Positions 11,594 to 23,959 of a stretch of DNA of 51,480 bases are shown here, piece by piece (within the stretch, counting starts at the first letter, position 1; every line of letters begins with the position of its first letter). The stretch is from Tubiluchus corallicola (Eukaryota > Animalia > Priapulida), in the NCBI GenBank assembly GCA_030141605.1, contig JAQGDQ010001259.1, forward strand, positions 1 to 51,480, given 5' to 3'. The notes beneath the pieces were generated by a model that did not search any database, had not been told where the DNA came from, and worked only from the letters and a program-made list of their open reading frames with translations. Position numbers and translations under genes: made by a program.

Positions 11594-12875
11594 TTCTTCT
11601 TCTTCTTTTTCTGTTGCACCAAACATCTATTGTACACAGAGAGCGTCTATCATTTATTGGAGCACCCCACTGTTTCCTGTCTGTAGCTAAATTTGTCAAC
11701 TTCTGTGATGCTATTGTCAAGTTTGCTCTCAACTGTTGTAAATCTTTATTAATTCTTGATATCCAAGTTGCCTGTAGGTCGTTTAGCAGGGTACTGTGCC
11801 TCGTTTAATGCCAATCTTACTGGTGTTGTTTCAGGCAATTTTATTAAATGTCTTAACCATCTTAGTCTTCTGATTCTGATTTTAGTGCTCCAAAGATCTC
11901 CGTTGGCTCCGTTTAATGCTAATCTTACTGCTGTTGTTTCCGACAATTTTATTAAATGTCCTACCCATCTTAGTCTTCTGATTCTGATTTTAGTGCTCCA
12001 AAGATCTCCTTTGGTTCTGTTTAATGCTAATTTTACTGCTGTTGTTTCCGACAATTTTATTAAATGTCCTAACCATCTTTAGTCTTCTGATTCTGATTTT
12101 AGTGCTCCAAAGATCTCCTTTGGTTCTGTTTAATGCTAATCTTACTGGTATTGTTTCCGACAATTTTATTAAATGTCCTACCCATCTTAGTCTTCTGATT
12201 CTGATTTTAGTGCTCCAAAGATCTCCTTTGGTTCTGTTTAATGCCAATTTTACTGCTGTTGTTTCCGACAATTTTATTAAATGTCCTACCCATCTTAGTC
12301 TTCTGATTCTGATTTTAGTGCTCCAAAGATCTCCTTTGGTTCTGTTTAATGCCAATTTTACTGCTGTTGTTTCCGACAATTTTATTAAATGTCCTACCCA
12401 TCTTAGTCTTCTGATTCTGATTTTAGTGCTCCAAAGATCTTCTTTGATTCTGTTATCCAGCTGCTCATTTGAAATGATATATGGCCGTTTTATTTTTAAG
12501 ATTTTTCTGAGTAGGCCTCTGTGAAATAGATTTATTTCCGCTTCCTGGGTTGCAGTGAAGCCCCACATTTCACTGTTGTACATGAACATACTAGTTACAT
12601 ATGCATTAAAAAGTTGCAGCCTTGTTTTGAGGGACAGTTTCTTGCTGGTTGGAATTGATTTATTTTGGACGAAACCATAGGCCTATTATTGCCCGTTGTT
12701 TGCTATTTTTGATATTATCTTCTGAATTAAGTAGGGATCCCATGTATTTGCAACGTGTCCAGAATTAATCCCCATCACGTGACATGTTTTATTCTTCAGT
12801 TTTCGTGTTGCGAACTTTGAGATTTCTTTTTTCTAGTAATAATTGGCATTCTTTTTTAACAGACTCATCTGCTAA
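11594..12875 (-). mobile_element. 5'-truncated, decayed non-LTR retrotransposon (RTE-like) fragment
   Basis: Translates to ...KTEE*...CKYMGSLLNSED..., MYNSEMW...FHRGLLRKILKIK...ISNEQL...IRRLRWVGHL, typical post-RT motifs of RTE-like LINEs. Has stops, frameshifts and a (GAA)n tail. Confidence 0.85.
11802..12442 (-). repeat. 108-bp tandem repeat (~6 copies) inside the LINE ORF; mirror ~39040-39680
   Basis: 36-aa unit RTKGDLWSTKIRIRRLRWVGHLIKLSETTAVKLALN repeated; one copy has a +1 insertion. Confidence 0.92.
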
Positions 12876-13025
12876 TTTGTGTGAAATATTAGCAAATTGA
12901 AGTACAGTGGATTAGTACTGAAAACAAGAAACGAAACTGCGTGACGAAAAGACCGATCACGTGACGAAACAAAGCCACAATTAATGAATTCCGAAATAAT
13001 GAAAACGAGGAAATATGAGAGTTGT

Positions 13026-13101
13026 TGTACGACCGGGTGTTGAACCAGGGACCTTCTGCATACAACGCAGACGTTTTCGACAACTAGACCATCATGGTCC
13101 C
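13026..13101 (-). mobile_element. tRNA-derived SINE head or tRNA pseudogene; mirror 38385-38460 (+)
   Basis: A-box-like tggtctagttg and B-box-like ggttcaacacc at tRNA spacing; acceptor stem does not pair. Confidence 0.55.
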
Positions 13102-13209
13102 TAGCGACGAAAACAGTCCAATGTTCATCCGTGTAGGTAGTCAGTCAGTTTAGCATGTTAGATATCCCTCGCTAGAGTGATTCGAGCCTAATAAACTAAG
13201 TTGACCAAA

Positions 13210-13743
13210 GTTTACAATTCCCGCACACAAGGAATTAGGATTAGAATAAGTGTTAGGGTTAAGGTTTGGATTTGAGTTTGGGTAAGGGTTAGGGTGGATT
13301 AGGGTTATGATTAAGATTAGAATTAGTGTTGGGTTTGGGTTTGGGTAAGGGCTAGGGTGGGTTACAGTTATGATTAGGATTAGGATTAGTGTTAGGGTTA
13401 GGGTTTGGGTTTGGGTGAGGGTTAGGGTGGATTAGGGTGGATTAGGGTTATGATTAAGATTAGAATTAGTGTTGGGTTTGGGTTTGGGTTTGGGTAAGGG
13501 TTAGGGTGGGTTACAGTTATGATTAGGATTAGAATTAGTGTTAGGGTTACGGTTTGGATTTGGGTTTGGGTAAGGGTTAGGGTGGATTAGGGTTATGATT
13601 AAGATTAGAATTAGTGTTGGGTTTGGGTTTGGGTTAAGGTAGGGGTTAGGGTGGGTTAGGGCTAGGATTAGGGTTATTGTTAGGGTTAGGATTAGGGTTA
13701 TTGTTACGGTTAGGGTATTTAAATTGTGTGAAGAATTGTAGAC
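13210..13743 (+). mobile_element. TIR element filled with degenerate TTAGGG-like satellite (~60-bp higher-order unit); mirror 37749-38276
   Basis: Ends gtttacaattcccgcacacaa / ttgtgtgaagaattgtagac. Interior is made of ttaggg, ttgggt, ttagga and ttagaa hexamers. Confidence 0.7.
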
Positions 13744-14939
13744 GTCTTCCTTAAATTTTAGTTTCGATTAATTTCAATTAAGCCTGAAATTCCCGTGGGT
13801 GACCAAGTATTTCAATTTCATCACTGGGTCACATAAGTTACACCTAACTGAATAAGTTATCGTATCTTATAGCGATACGTAAAGTGTTAAAGCACAAGAA
13901 AAGGGGTACCTGAAGTAGGTTTCAGAAAAATCACCTTACAAAACTATATTACTTTACAGCAACTTTATGCGTATATCGTACTCGCGTTAAGAGGAATTAT
14001 TGTTTGTTTTCATTTTAAATCTCCCGCAATACTGTACCGACTCGTCATTACATGACGTCACCTACGCACAACGTAAATCAGGGGAAGAAAAGGAAATGTT
14101 AAATTATGTCCCAAAAATGTTCCACGCAAATCTATATTACTTAGCATTTCGTTTGCCTGCTGGAAAGACTTATGTAAGTATAAATAACAATTTAAATGTT
14201 CGTGCCTATTGCAGGGTGCGCCATTCATTAACCAAAACGCCTTTTTTAATCTTATTGACAATTTTTAAGCTTTATGTATGCGTGTGTAGGTGTGTGTGTG
14301 TGTGTGTGTGTGTGGGGGGTGGGGTTCTTGTGCTTTAAGTGAATGCAGCGTAATGCACAAGGCATTGTATCTTAATATCATAAATTAAAGTGCAATTATA
14401 GGTATATATGCGTGTAATTGTGCGTCTATTTGCAGTCAGTGGTGCAGGACGAACTGGTCTCTGCCCTGATTTTTACACTAATAGTAATTATACATCAAAT
14501 TTCCAAGCCATTTATCATTTTTTGCGGACAAATTTTGAAGAAAGTGCAAATCGAAATAAAATGACCGGTTTTGCTGAACGCGTTGGCTTAGGAGGAGATT
14601 CCTACACTTAGTAGCTTCCACATTTCCAAAATGGAGAAATTCTTGGAAATGATGAGCAAATTATTTTTAAAATAATGTGGTATCTGTTCTTGAAATGCAG
14701 TTTATAATACTTGCATCATATTATTTTTAAATAAATATAATAAATAATATCATAATATACATTACGGAAACATAATTAAAATATAAATAAAAAGGAAAAA
14801 GCAAATAAGTTTCTCTAACTTGGTTGTAATCGAATTGGATACGATACTTTAAACCTGCAAGAATTTCCCTATGAAATTCCGTGTTTTCTGGATGATTAGA
14901 TGTTTATATGTTTTATTTACATTGGCTACAGCCACCACT

Positions 14940-15420
<481 letters not shown>

Positions 15421-15899
15421 ATAGACAAAAATAATTTATCTGTAATCTGAGAATGCAGTTTTTAAGAAAGACAAGCCAATTACGTTGGTGTTTTGTGGCA
15501 TCCCTTGTAAACCTGTCATTTTCGCTACTACTACTACTGCCAATAAATTTAAAAATACCAGACTTTGAGACCATAACTTTGCACTCAGGTGAAACTTTTT
15601 GGGTGCTACGTACTTACAGGTGTGATTACAGGGTTACGTGTAGTATGATTACTGTCATTACTGCAAACAATGGAAGCTGTTGATCGACCTTGAACGACTC
15701 TGGTTTTAACTTCAAAATGATCCCTTAAGACCAGTATCATATACTGTAACAACTGCAAAGTTTCCGTGGTTTTTTTCCTTACCACTTGCACGAGAAACAA
15801 GACAAGTTGTTGATTACTCGGGTTACCACACTATTTCTATATTTTCGACATTCTGCCACTGTGTAATATTTTATTCGCTTACGAATGATCAATATATTA

Positions 15900-16590
15900 A
15901 AGGATAAGAAAGGGGGCACCTGAAGTAGGTTTTAAAAAAATCGTCTTAAAAAATTATATTACTTTATAGAAATTTTATGCGTATATCTTGCTCGCATTGA
16001 AAGGAATTTTTGTTTGTCTCCATTTTAAATCTCCCGCAATAATGTTCCGATGTCGCCATTACATGACGTCATGTACCAAACGTAAATCAAGGGAAGAAAA
16101 GGCAATGTTAAACTATGTCCCAAAAAACTTTCTATGCAAAATTGTGTTACTTACCATTTCTCCTACCTGCTAGAAAGACTTATGTAACTGGAAAAGTAAA
16201 TTATTAATTATTTAAAATGTTTTCACCAATTGGTAAAATGTCGTTGACTCACCCTCCAGGGTGCTTCACTCACTAACTAAAAAAGTATTTTTAATCTTAT
16301 TGACAAGATACGGTAATTTTAAATTAATTTAGTTAGTGACGTGTGCGCTACGAATGCTCTGATTATTTTTCCAGACTTTACACAATGTTATCTAAACTTG
16401 TTCCAAATGACTTGTCATCAAAATGGCTGCGTCAAATGTGGTCATCGCGGGAGTTTAAATTTACACGTTTTGTACAGCGTTATTGCCGACGCAAGCTCTG
16501 TATGCAAAAAGGCAGTATGTATCTGGTGTAAAATTTTTAGACGAATTTTTTAAGCTTTATGCAAGTGGAGGATTTTCTTGTGCTTAAAGT
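15900..16590 (+). repeat. Interspersed repeat homologous to 13890-14340 and in part to 18770-18900
   Basis: Shares cctgaagtaggttt...tttatgcgtatatc...ttttaaatctcccgcaata...aaagacttatgtaa with the first and aaatggctgcg...ggagtttaaat...gcaagctctgtatgc with the second. Confidence 0.75.
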
Positions 16591-17225
16591 ACTTCTGGAT
16601 AATTTCATACCTACACATGATTTGCGTTTACACGTGAAATCTAGTTTAACAGCGTGTTGTGTATTTTTGCAAAGCGAATCTGTTTGCTGTTTTGCTCTGC
16701 TGAGACATTAATGGCTTCTTTCACACAAGACCGCTTGTGAGACCTGCGCAATTTCACCCAATTTAATTATTATCCTCACGTGTTTCTTCGACAGAAAACT
16801 GGGCTTCCCTGGCCCAAATTCATAAAATTAACGCCATGATTATCAACTTCACTACACTTCTGAATCAAAATTTTATCTCCAGATAATTATAATCCAGTGT
16901 AGGATTTATACTCATTGAGGCCTTAAGTTGTATAAAGGCCCGAGGCCCACTTTTCTTAACATTACACGAGTTAGAATCATTAAATTTTTTTAGTGATGAA
17001 AATGATCTTTCTCGTGAACAGGCCTGGAATTGATTACTTAATTGCTACTTAATTATAAAAATTACTATAAAACTCATTCTGGAATCTTCTTGGGGCCCTT
17101 GCAGTTTGTGAGGCCCTGAGGTATTGATGTCTTGTCAGTGTATGGATGTTTGAACTGTTTTTAGTAACATTCGGTTAGCTTTAAAAATGTGCCTTGAATA
17201 TCCACGAAATACATTAGCAGTAATA

Positions 17226-17370
17226 CGGTTTAGTCTAGTGGTAGCGCCTCCGCTTCCCGTTTGGGAGCACGTGAGTTCGATACCGCATACCAAAGACTTT
17301 AAAAATGGTGCTGCTGTTGCCCTGCCTGGCGAGTGGTATTTAGGGTAAAAGTGGGATAATGATAGTCTAT
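17226..17370 (+). mobile_element. tRNA-derived SINE fragment; mirror 34110-34254 (-)
   Basis: A box tagtctagtgg and B box gagttcgatacc, followed by cataccaaagactttaaaaatggt...ctgcctggcg, a body motif that from memory resembles marine-invertebrate SINEs. Confidence 0.6.
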
Positions 17371-17463
17371 GTTAGGTAGTTGTAGTTTGTTATTTACAGA
17401 CGGCGATAATAGCTCTTTGAGTTAATGTTAATTGTTCATCCAAAAGCCGACTTTAAATAAAGA

Positions 17464-17536
17464 TTATTATTGTTGTTGTTGTCGTAGTCATCATTATCAT
17501 TATTATTATTATTGTTGTTGTTGTTGCGGTTGTTGT

Positions 17537-17613
<77 letters not shown>

Positions 17614-17823
17614 ACTATTGCTATTGCTATTGCTATTGCTATTGCTATTGCTATTGCTATTGCTATTGCTATTGCTATTGCTATTGCTATTGCTATTGTC
17701 ATTGTCATTGTCATTGTCATTGTCATTGTCATTGTCATTGTCATTGTCATTGTCATTGTCATTGTCATTGTCATTGTCATTGTCATTGTCATTGTCATTG
17801 TCATTGTCATTATCATTATTATT
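17464..17823. repeat. Compound (GTT)n-(ATTGCT)n-(ATTGTC)n microsatellite; mirror ~33664-34017
   Basis: Direct reading; block lengths differ between arms. Confidence 0.97.
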
Positions 17824-19280
17824 AGGTATTCCATAAGTAATCAATTTCTTTATGTATTTTTACTTACTATGCAGTATGCAATGACTATACGAAGTAAGAT
17901 GTTTTTGACAACACTCGATTAGAACTTAACAAATAAGCTTATACTAGTTTAAATGAAAGTTAAAAACAGGAAACAGTCATGCAGTTTACGATCTATGACT
18001 CATTGCGTGGATGAAATTACATGATGGTTTTCAATTCCCTAGACCAAAAGTGTTCAACGAAGTAAATAGAAAACCGAAACAGTTCGGTTAAGCTCAAATA
18101 TTGAAATCGGATCGACATCGAATCGGAACTGTTCAGAAAATTTTTTGGAAAACCTCGACTTGCTTTGACTAATGCAGAACGTTAATTAAACCATTTTAGT
18201 TAACCCAATTCATTGGGCCCGGCAAAAATTAAAGCCAAAATTAGACAATTCAGAAATTCTTACAAAACCTCCAGCGTTTTTAAATGTGTCGTGTAACTAA
18301 ATATATTACTGTTTAATTAACATTGAAGATATAATCTGCCAAGCACGGCAACGAACTCGAACACAAACAGAAGGCCGTTTTCTCGCTCATTATCTGATGA
18401 CTTTAGGCGACTGTACATTTGCCTAATAATATTACCACAAATATTCGCGTTTTATATCAAACGTTTCAGCAAAATGATTGTAAACAATAGAAGTCTCTCG
18501 TGGTCAGGCGATGTTTGAGGAAGAACATGGGTTTGTTTGTTCTAAAGCATCATCAAGTTTGGATTCGTAAAAGCCAAATTTACATTAAGCAAAGCTGATA
18601 ATTAACAGTATGAGCCACAGTGGGGGGGGCGCTACTGTTGCTTATTGCTGGAAAACGTCACTGCATCATGATCCCAGCGTGCGCCAGTGGTTCACGAAAA
18701 AGACGTTATTGAACTTATTGACAATATAAAGTAATTTAAAGTTTTGCTGAATTATGGAAGAGTGTGATATTAACGCTAATGAACTTGTCTCAAATGACTT
18801 AAAGTTAAAATGGCTGCGCCTAAGTGTCGTCGCAGGAGTTTAAATGTAAACGTTTTATACAGCGTTAGTGTTAATGCAAGCTCTGTATGCCATGAGGCAA
18901 TAGGTAAACAGCATTGTATGATATTAACAGAACTGCCTTTTGAAAGTTTACACTGTGGTAACTAAATCTCACGGCAAATACTTTTCGGGTTTTTTAGTTT
19001 GGCATTGAGCAAAGCTAATAATTAACAGTATAAGCCCCACTGGGGGCGCTACTGTTGTTTATTGCTAAATCTTCCCTTGCTTGATGATATTCTACAATTT
19101 CTAGATGATGCATTAAAATGCTGTCATTGAGTGTAAAGTTTTATCGGAATCGGTTATTATATGGAATTCGGAATCGAATATTATCGAACCGATAAAGCCG
19201 GTATCGTTTAGTTTGGCTAGTACCGATCAAACCATTAAGTTTGTAGCTTGCAAACGATGATTTCCGAGAAATTTACGGCC

Positions 19281-19970
19281 ATTACTTGTTGATCTACGGC
19301 CACATCATGTTGAAAACACCTCTTCTCGTCTGATCACCGAAGTTAAGTAACGTAGAGCCTGGTTAGTACTTGGATGGGTGATCGCCTAGGAATACCAGGT
19401 GCTGTAGGCTTGCGGGGGATGCCCACACTGTATCTCGACGCTAGGCGGAGGGGCTGCACAAGCAGCCAACGGCCAGAGGACGGAGGAGGTCAAGTGACCC
19501 AACGGCCATGTGTAGAGGAGTAAATCTTCCAAATCAGAAGTGGGGCCCTGAAGGCGGATCAGTGCAGCATGCTCACTGACTCCGGCACAATCAGCCAACA
19601 GCTAGAGGGCGGAGGAGGTCAAGTGACCCAACGGCCATGTGTAGAGGAGTAAATCTTCCAAATCAGGAGTGGGGCCCCGAAGGCGGACCAGTGCACCATG
19701 CTCACTGACTCCGGCAGCTCCTGCAGCCAACCTGGTGCCAAACGTATCGCCCCGCTTTCCTTTGAACTACACCAGGGAGGAAGAGAAGGGGTTTCCTGTT
19801 GTCTGGACAACTCAGGATCTCCATACATCTTGCCCAGGCGTGCGCCATGGAGACTTTCCAGGATCGCACTGCTCAGCCACAGTCGACGCTGCAGCTCCAT
19901 CAATGTGATCAATAACTGACTCTCTTGTCTTCCGAGACAGAAGGATGCCAACAACAATACCTGTTGATCT
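19281..19970 (+). mobile_element. 5S-derived SINE (SINE3-type) with 2x129-bp internal repeat, (CAA)n tail and TSD
   Basis: 5S head, GC-rich body with tandem units at 19463 and 19592, end ggatgccaacaacaa. Flanked by attacttgttgatct (19281-19295) and aatacctgttgatct (19956-19970). Confidence 0.75.
19292..19411 (+). pseudogene. 5S rRNA-derived sequence (head of a SINE)
   Basis: 120 nt, atctacggccacatcatgttgaaaacacc...gatcaccgaagttaag...ggttagtacttggatgggtga...gaataccaggtgctgtaggctt, matches animal 5S rRNA with several substitutions; no oligo-T terminator follows. Confidence 0.9.
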
Positions 19971-20096
19971 TAATGCGATGTTAGAGGAAAGGACAAGTTA
20001 GTTAGTATGCTGGGTCTATTTTACTGTTATCACTCAAACTTAGAAAAATATTAACAAAGAAATTTGTAAGGAATTGCCTATAGAGCATAATGTTGC

Positions 20097-20291
20097 GGAG
20101 GCACCTGTGTCGGGTCAGGTGTAGGGCCCTCTACACACCCTGCTTCCACGTCAGCAGCGACTAACCCCTTTCTTGTAGACCCAGACGTCTTGTTTGGGCC
20201 AGCACGTGGTGTGAGAAGCCAGGTGATCTGGAATGCCAGTATAAAAGCGTGTAGAGGTCACTACAACCTTGATTTCTGACACAGGTGCTCC
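20097..20291. mobile_element. GC-rich ~195-bp hairpin element; mirror 31209-31403
   Basis: ggaggcacctgtgtc...ggtgtagggccctctacac pairs with gtgtagaggtcactacaacc...gacacaggtgctcc. Confidence 0.55.
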
Positions 20292-21432
20292 TCGGGTATA
20301 GCCCTGTTACTGAGTTAGTTAATTATTTTTTATGTGTGTGTATTTTGTTCCCTATTTTTATTAGTGCTGATAATAAACTCCGTACAGTGTAGCTTTTGTG
20401 TTTTATTTTATGCGAGTTAAATGCTATAACAGGTATATGGTATTAGTTTACAGACATTAACTTAGTTAATTAGCATAACATTTGTAACTAAAATTAACAA
20501 TTGTAGTTAAGTAATCAGTCACACAACGATAGTAAAATGGATCTTCGTGATGCGCAATATCAAGACCGCCATGCCATCTTGGAGTTCGACCCCTGAGTCG
20601 AATTCAGTCCAATACGTATAAAGTACGCCACACCTGAATAGAAATTTTTAGACGTGGTGGTTGCCGCCATTCACTTGAAAATCATGACGTAACATTCGTA
20701 AGCGCCTCGTGGTTTTCCGTAAGACTTTTTAAAAATTTTGCAGGTTACCTGACACGCAAAAATTTTACAGAATCAGCTTTCTAATTTTGTTGCAAAAACT
20801 TGTTATAGTTTTGACAAATATTGACAGTGAGCTACATTTCTTCGGGACAAATGACGTCATTCGTGGAAAAGAATGGGCATTGAAAATGGCAGCACCCAAG
20901 CATGAAGTGCTTAAAGTGAGTTTAAAGTGATTTTACTAGTTACACGAGGCGCTTATTGCAGTTTCATTACTAAATCCTTTTAACATTTTTCGCGAACATT
21001 GAAATAAGCCTGACCTCCTAGAAGGTTTGACCTTTCCTTTAAAATATCCAGTATCTGTGCTGACTGGCTTCAAGTTAAATCACATTTAATGAAAATTTCT
21101 TAAATGTGTATCTTACAGTGAGAATATAATGTAGTTTACAGGACAGAAGAAAAAAATAAGTTATAAATATGAAATTTATATACTGAATAGAATTATTGAT
21201 CTTTTATTTGTGATTACAATGTGCCAAAATGTTGAGCCAGTAAAACCGTCATAAACCAGCGAAACCTTACTTCTGCTTGGTTTAAATACATACATATATA
21301 TATATATATGTGTATGAGGGGCATGTTTAAAAATACAAAGTTACACTTTTTCCCGAGCAAACGCAAAGTCACGAATCAAATTTCGTAAATGCAGAAACTA
21401 ATTTTCACAATCACTTGCCCATTATTGCGAAC

Positions 21433-21621
21433 TTACGCGATATATTTAATTCGTAAGTTGCGCAATATCTTTAATTCGTGAGTTACGCGATATTTTTAAT
21501 TCGTAATTTGCGCAATATTTTTATTCGTAAGTTACGCAATATCTTTAGTTCGTAAGTTACTCTATATCCTTAACTCGTAGGTTACGCGATATCTTTAATT
21601 CGTTAGTTGCGCAATATCTTT
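21433..21621 (+). repeat. 25-bp minisatellite, ~7.5 copies; mirror ~29879-30067
   Basis: Unit tt(a/g)cgc(g/a)atatctttaattcgtaag. Confidence 0.9.
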
Positions 21622-22343
21622 ACAGAATACCTTCAGAATCAAATTTACAAGCCCAGGGCATATTTAGTAATATTCACTTATGATAACAACTACGTTTTGC
21701 ATATAACGAGTGGACATTTGAACTTGATTTCTATCCTTCACAGGACAAGGTCATGTGACCCCATACAGCACGCGGACAGAACGTCTTTTGTCCGAATCTG
21801 TCACACTTCCTCTGGTATCGTTTTCTACTCTGTTTACACAGTTGCTAATGGAGCGCCTAATATAGTTTCCATAACTGCACGATCATCATTTTCCTCTTAC
21901 CTGTAATTCATTACAGCTGTGGTTGCCTAGCTGAGGGACGTGAAGCTGTCACTGGCTGTGCTAATTGCAATTCAGTTGTTTCCATCGTGCTGTCATTAAT
22001 AGTATCTTAATAACCTTTTTTCTATTTAAATTCCAGTTCATCTTTTTGGTGAACAGTATTACCTGGCAGAGTACTTCAACCTTACTCGTGGAGATATTGA
22101 CTCACCACTGTAGAGTTTTGGCTTGGTCACGCATTGAGTAATTTGCTTGTGAATAGAAGAGATATTTCAGACGGAAAATTATGTTAATTTACACAATAAA
22201 AGTTTTGCCTTTTTTGTTGGCTTCCGAAAATTGAAATTGTAAGATTTTGAATCTAATGTTGTAATGTGAAACAATTCATAGTTTTCATCATAATTGTCCA
22301 ATTATTTTTGTGATCGCCTCCGTTACCGTCATCGCCACTACGT

Positions 22344-22405
22344 TCATCATCATCATCGACGTTGTCGTCGTCGTCTTCATCGTCATCATCATCATCATCA
22401 TCATC

Positions 22406-22465
<60 letters not shown>

Positions 22466-22466
22466 T
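22344..22466. repeat. (CAT)n microsatellite; mirror ~29035-29156
   Basis: Direct reading; interruptions differ between arms. Confidence 0.95.
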
Positions 22467-23339
22467 ACTGTCATCAAACTATTGGCATATACTGAAACTA
22501 GCCTTTGTTGTTTGACTAACACGTTTACCGTTGAGGCAACTTTTCGATTCTTTTCACACAATGTATGTTACGCTCATGCCTTACTAGTTATTATTACGTA
22601 AGTTCAATGTTTCCTAATTTTTCTAAACTTACCGTTGATCTAAGCTTAATTTGCTTTATCTTACAATCCGTTATTTTGTACTAGTTCAGTTTGGACAACT
22701 TTTCCAAGTTACACGTGAATACCAACAAGTTGAAAGTCACGTGACCACTGTGATCGTCTGTCAATCTTAATCTTATTGTGTTTGTGATTCAGTCAAAATG
22801 GCCATTGTGCCTTGTCTACACCTCTTCGAAACCAACTTAGTAAATCACAAAATCTGACAGTCTCGTGAAAAATTGTCTACCAAATTTGTACCGTGTTCAT
22901 ATTCGCATTACCTGGCCAAGTTGTGGTTGATACCTGTCAAGGTATTGTGCTACCTGTGCCGGTAAATGCAGGTAACCCTCGTCTTCTGAGTTTTCCACCA
23001 ATGAGAAAACGGTGTCTCCGTCGCAAAGTGCACAACAGCTGCTTGGAAAGACTTCGTTTAACAAGACCATTACATGATTGGTGTATTTTTGTCTCTTTGC
23101 ATCATTAGGTGTGCGTTTAACGCGGGCGAGCTTTTATCGAGCAGGTTTGTTATGCTAATGCTTTTGTTTTGTTTACGTAAACAATTCCTTTCGTTCTGTT
23201 CACAACCCGCATCAGAAATCTGTTTCATCTGATCCTAGAAACAGCGCGGTGTATAGAACATTGGCGCATTTCAGAGTTCATCATTGTTTTTACGTAGCTT
23301 AGTGAATTAAACGCTGCAGTATTTGAAGTTTAGGAAGGA

Positions 23340-23959
23340 GTTTATAATTCCCCACGTAATTTAAACACACATACCCTAACCCTAACCCAGCCCTAATCCT
23401 AATCCGAACCCTAACCCTAACTGTGGATTTCGATTTGAGTCTGTTGAACACTTTTTTTCGCCCTGCCCATTGTATCAACTAGCTAGGGTTGTTATGTTCG
23501 ATAAATTAAATGAAATACTTCTGCCCGAAAACCTTAATATAGCTGCCTTAGGAACTAATGATCTGTTGTAAGTTGTTATTATTCGGAAAAGATTAATTTA
23601 ACTATGTTACTAACTGTAAAATATTCCAGTGCATACGTGACTTTATATTACGTACTAAACGTTTCCAGTAGCTTCCATCTGATATGAAATGCATCAGTCT
23701 TAAATAATCGTACATTAATATTGTCTAACCGTCATTTTCTACTAATGTCTAATGTAATCTTGTAGCAAAAATTGTCAGCTTGTGTAGTTATAGTCTATTC
23801 TTACTGTAAATGTTCTGGTAAATAGCGTATAAAGTCTGTTGTGGTGAGGATGCTAAATCATGTTGTTCAAACTGTCTGATCCAATCCTAAATAAATTATG
23901 TTTAAACTAACCCTAATCTGCTTCACGAACTAATTTCTTGCGTATGAGGAATTGTAAAC
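23340..23959 (-). mobile_element. Diverged member of the same TIR/telomere-like family; mirror 27542-28161
   Basis: gtttataattccccacgtaa...ccctaaccctaacc at one end and ttgcgtatgaggaattgtaaac at the other. Confidence 0.55.

Noticed and set aside
13026-13101. Functional tRNA genes here and at 17226-17290
   Set aside because: A/B boxes are present but there is no complete cloverleaf; treated as SINE heads or pseudogenes.
13240-13716. True telomere or telomere-fusion site
   Set aside because: The hexamers are degenerate, organised in 60-bp units inside TIRs, and not head-to-head at the palindrome centre.
15610-15645. miR-10-family-like seed (AACCCTGTAATC on the Hox strand; mirror ~35858)
   Set aside because: The rest does not match miR-10/993 as I recall them and I could not fold a pre-miRNA hairpin; an Infernal or miRBase search would settle it.
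19292-19411. Functional 5S rRNA gene
   Set aside because: Substitutions at conserved positions, no oligo-T terminator, not in a tandem array, and enclosed by a TSD.
19386-19957. GC-rich ORFs of 70-112 aa
   Set aside because: They lie within the SINE body and its tandem repeat, and their ends differ between arms.
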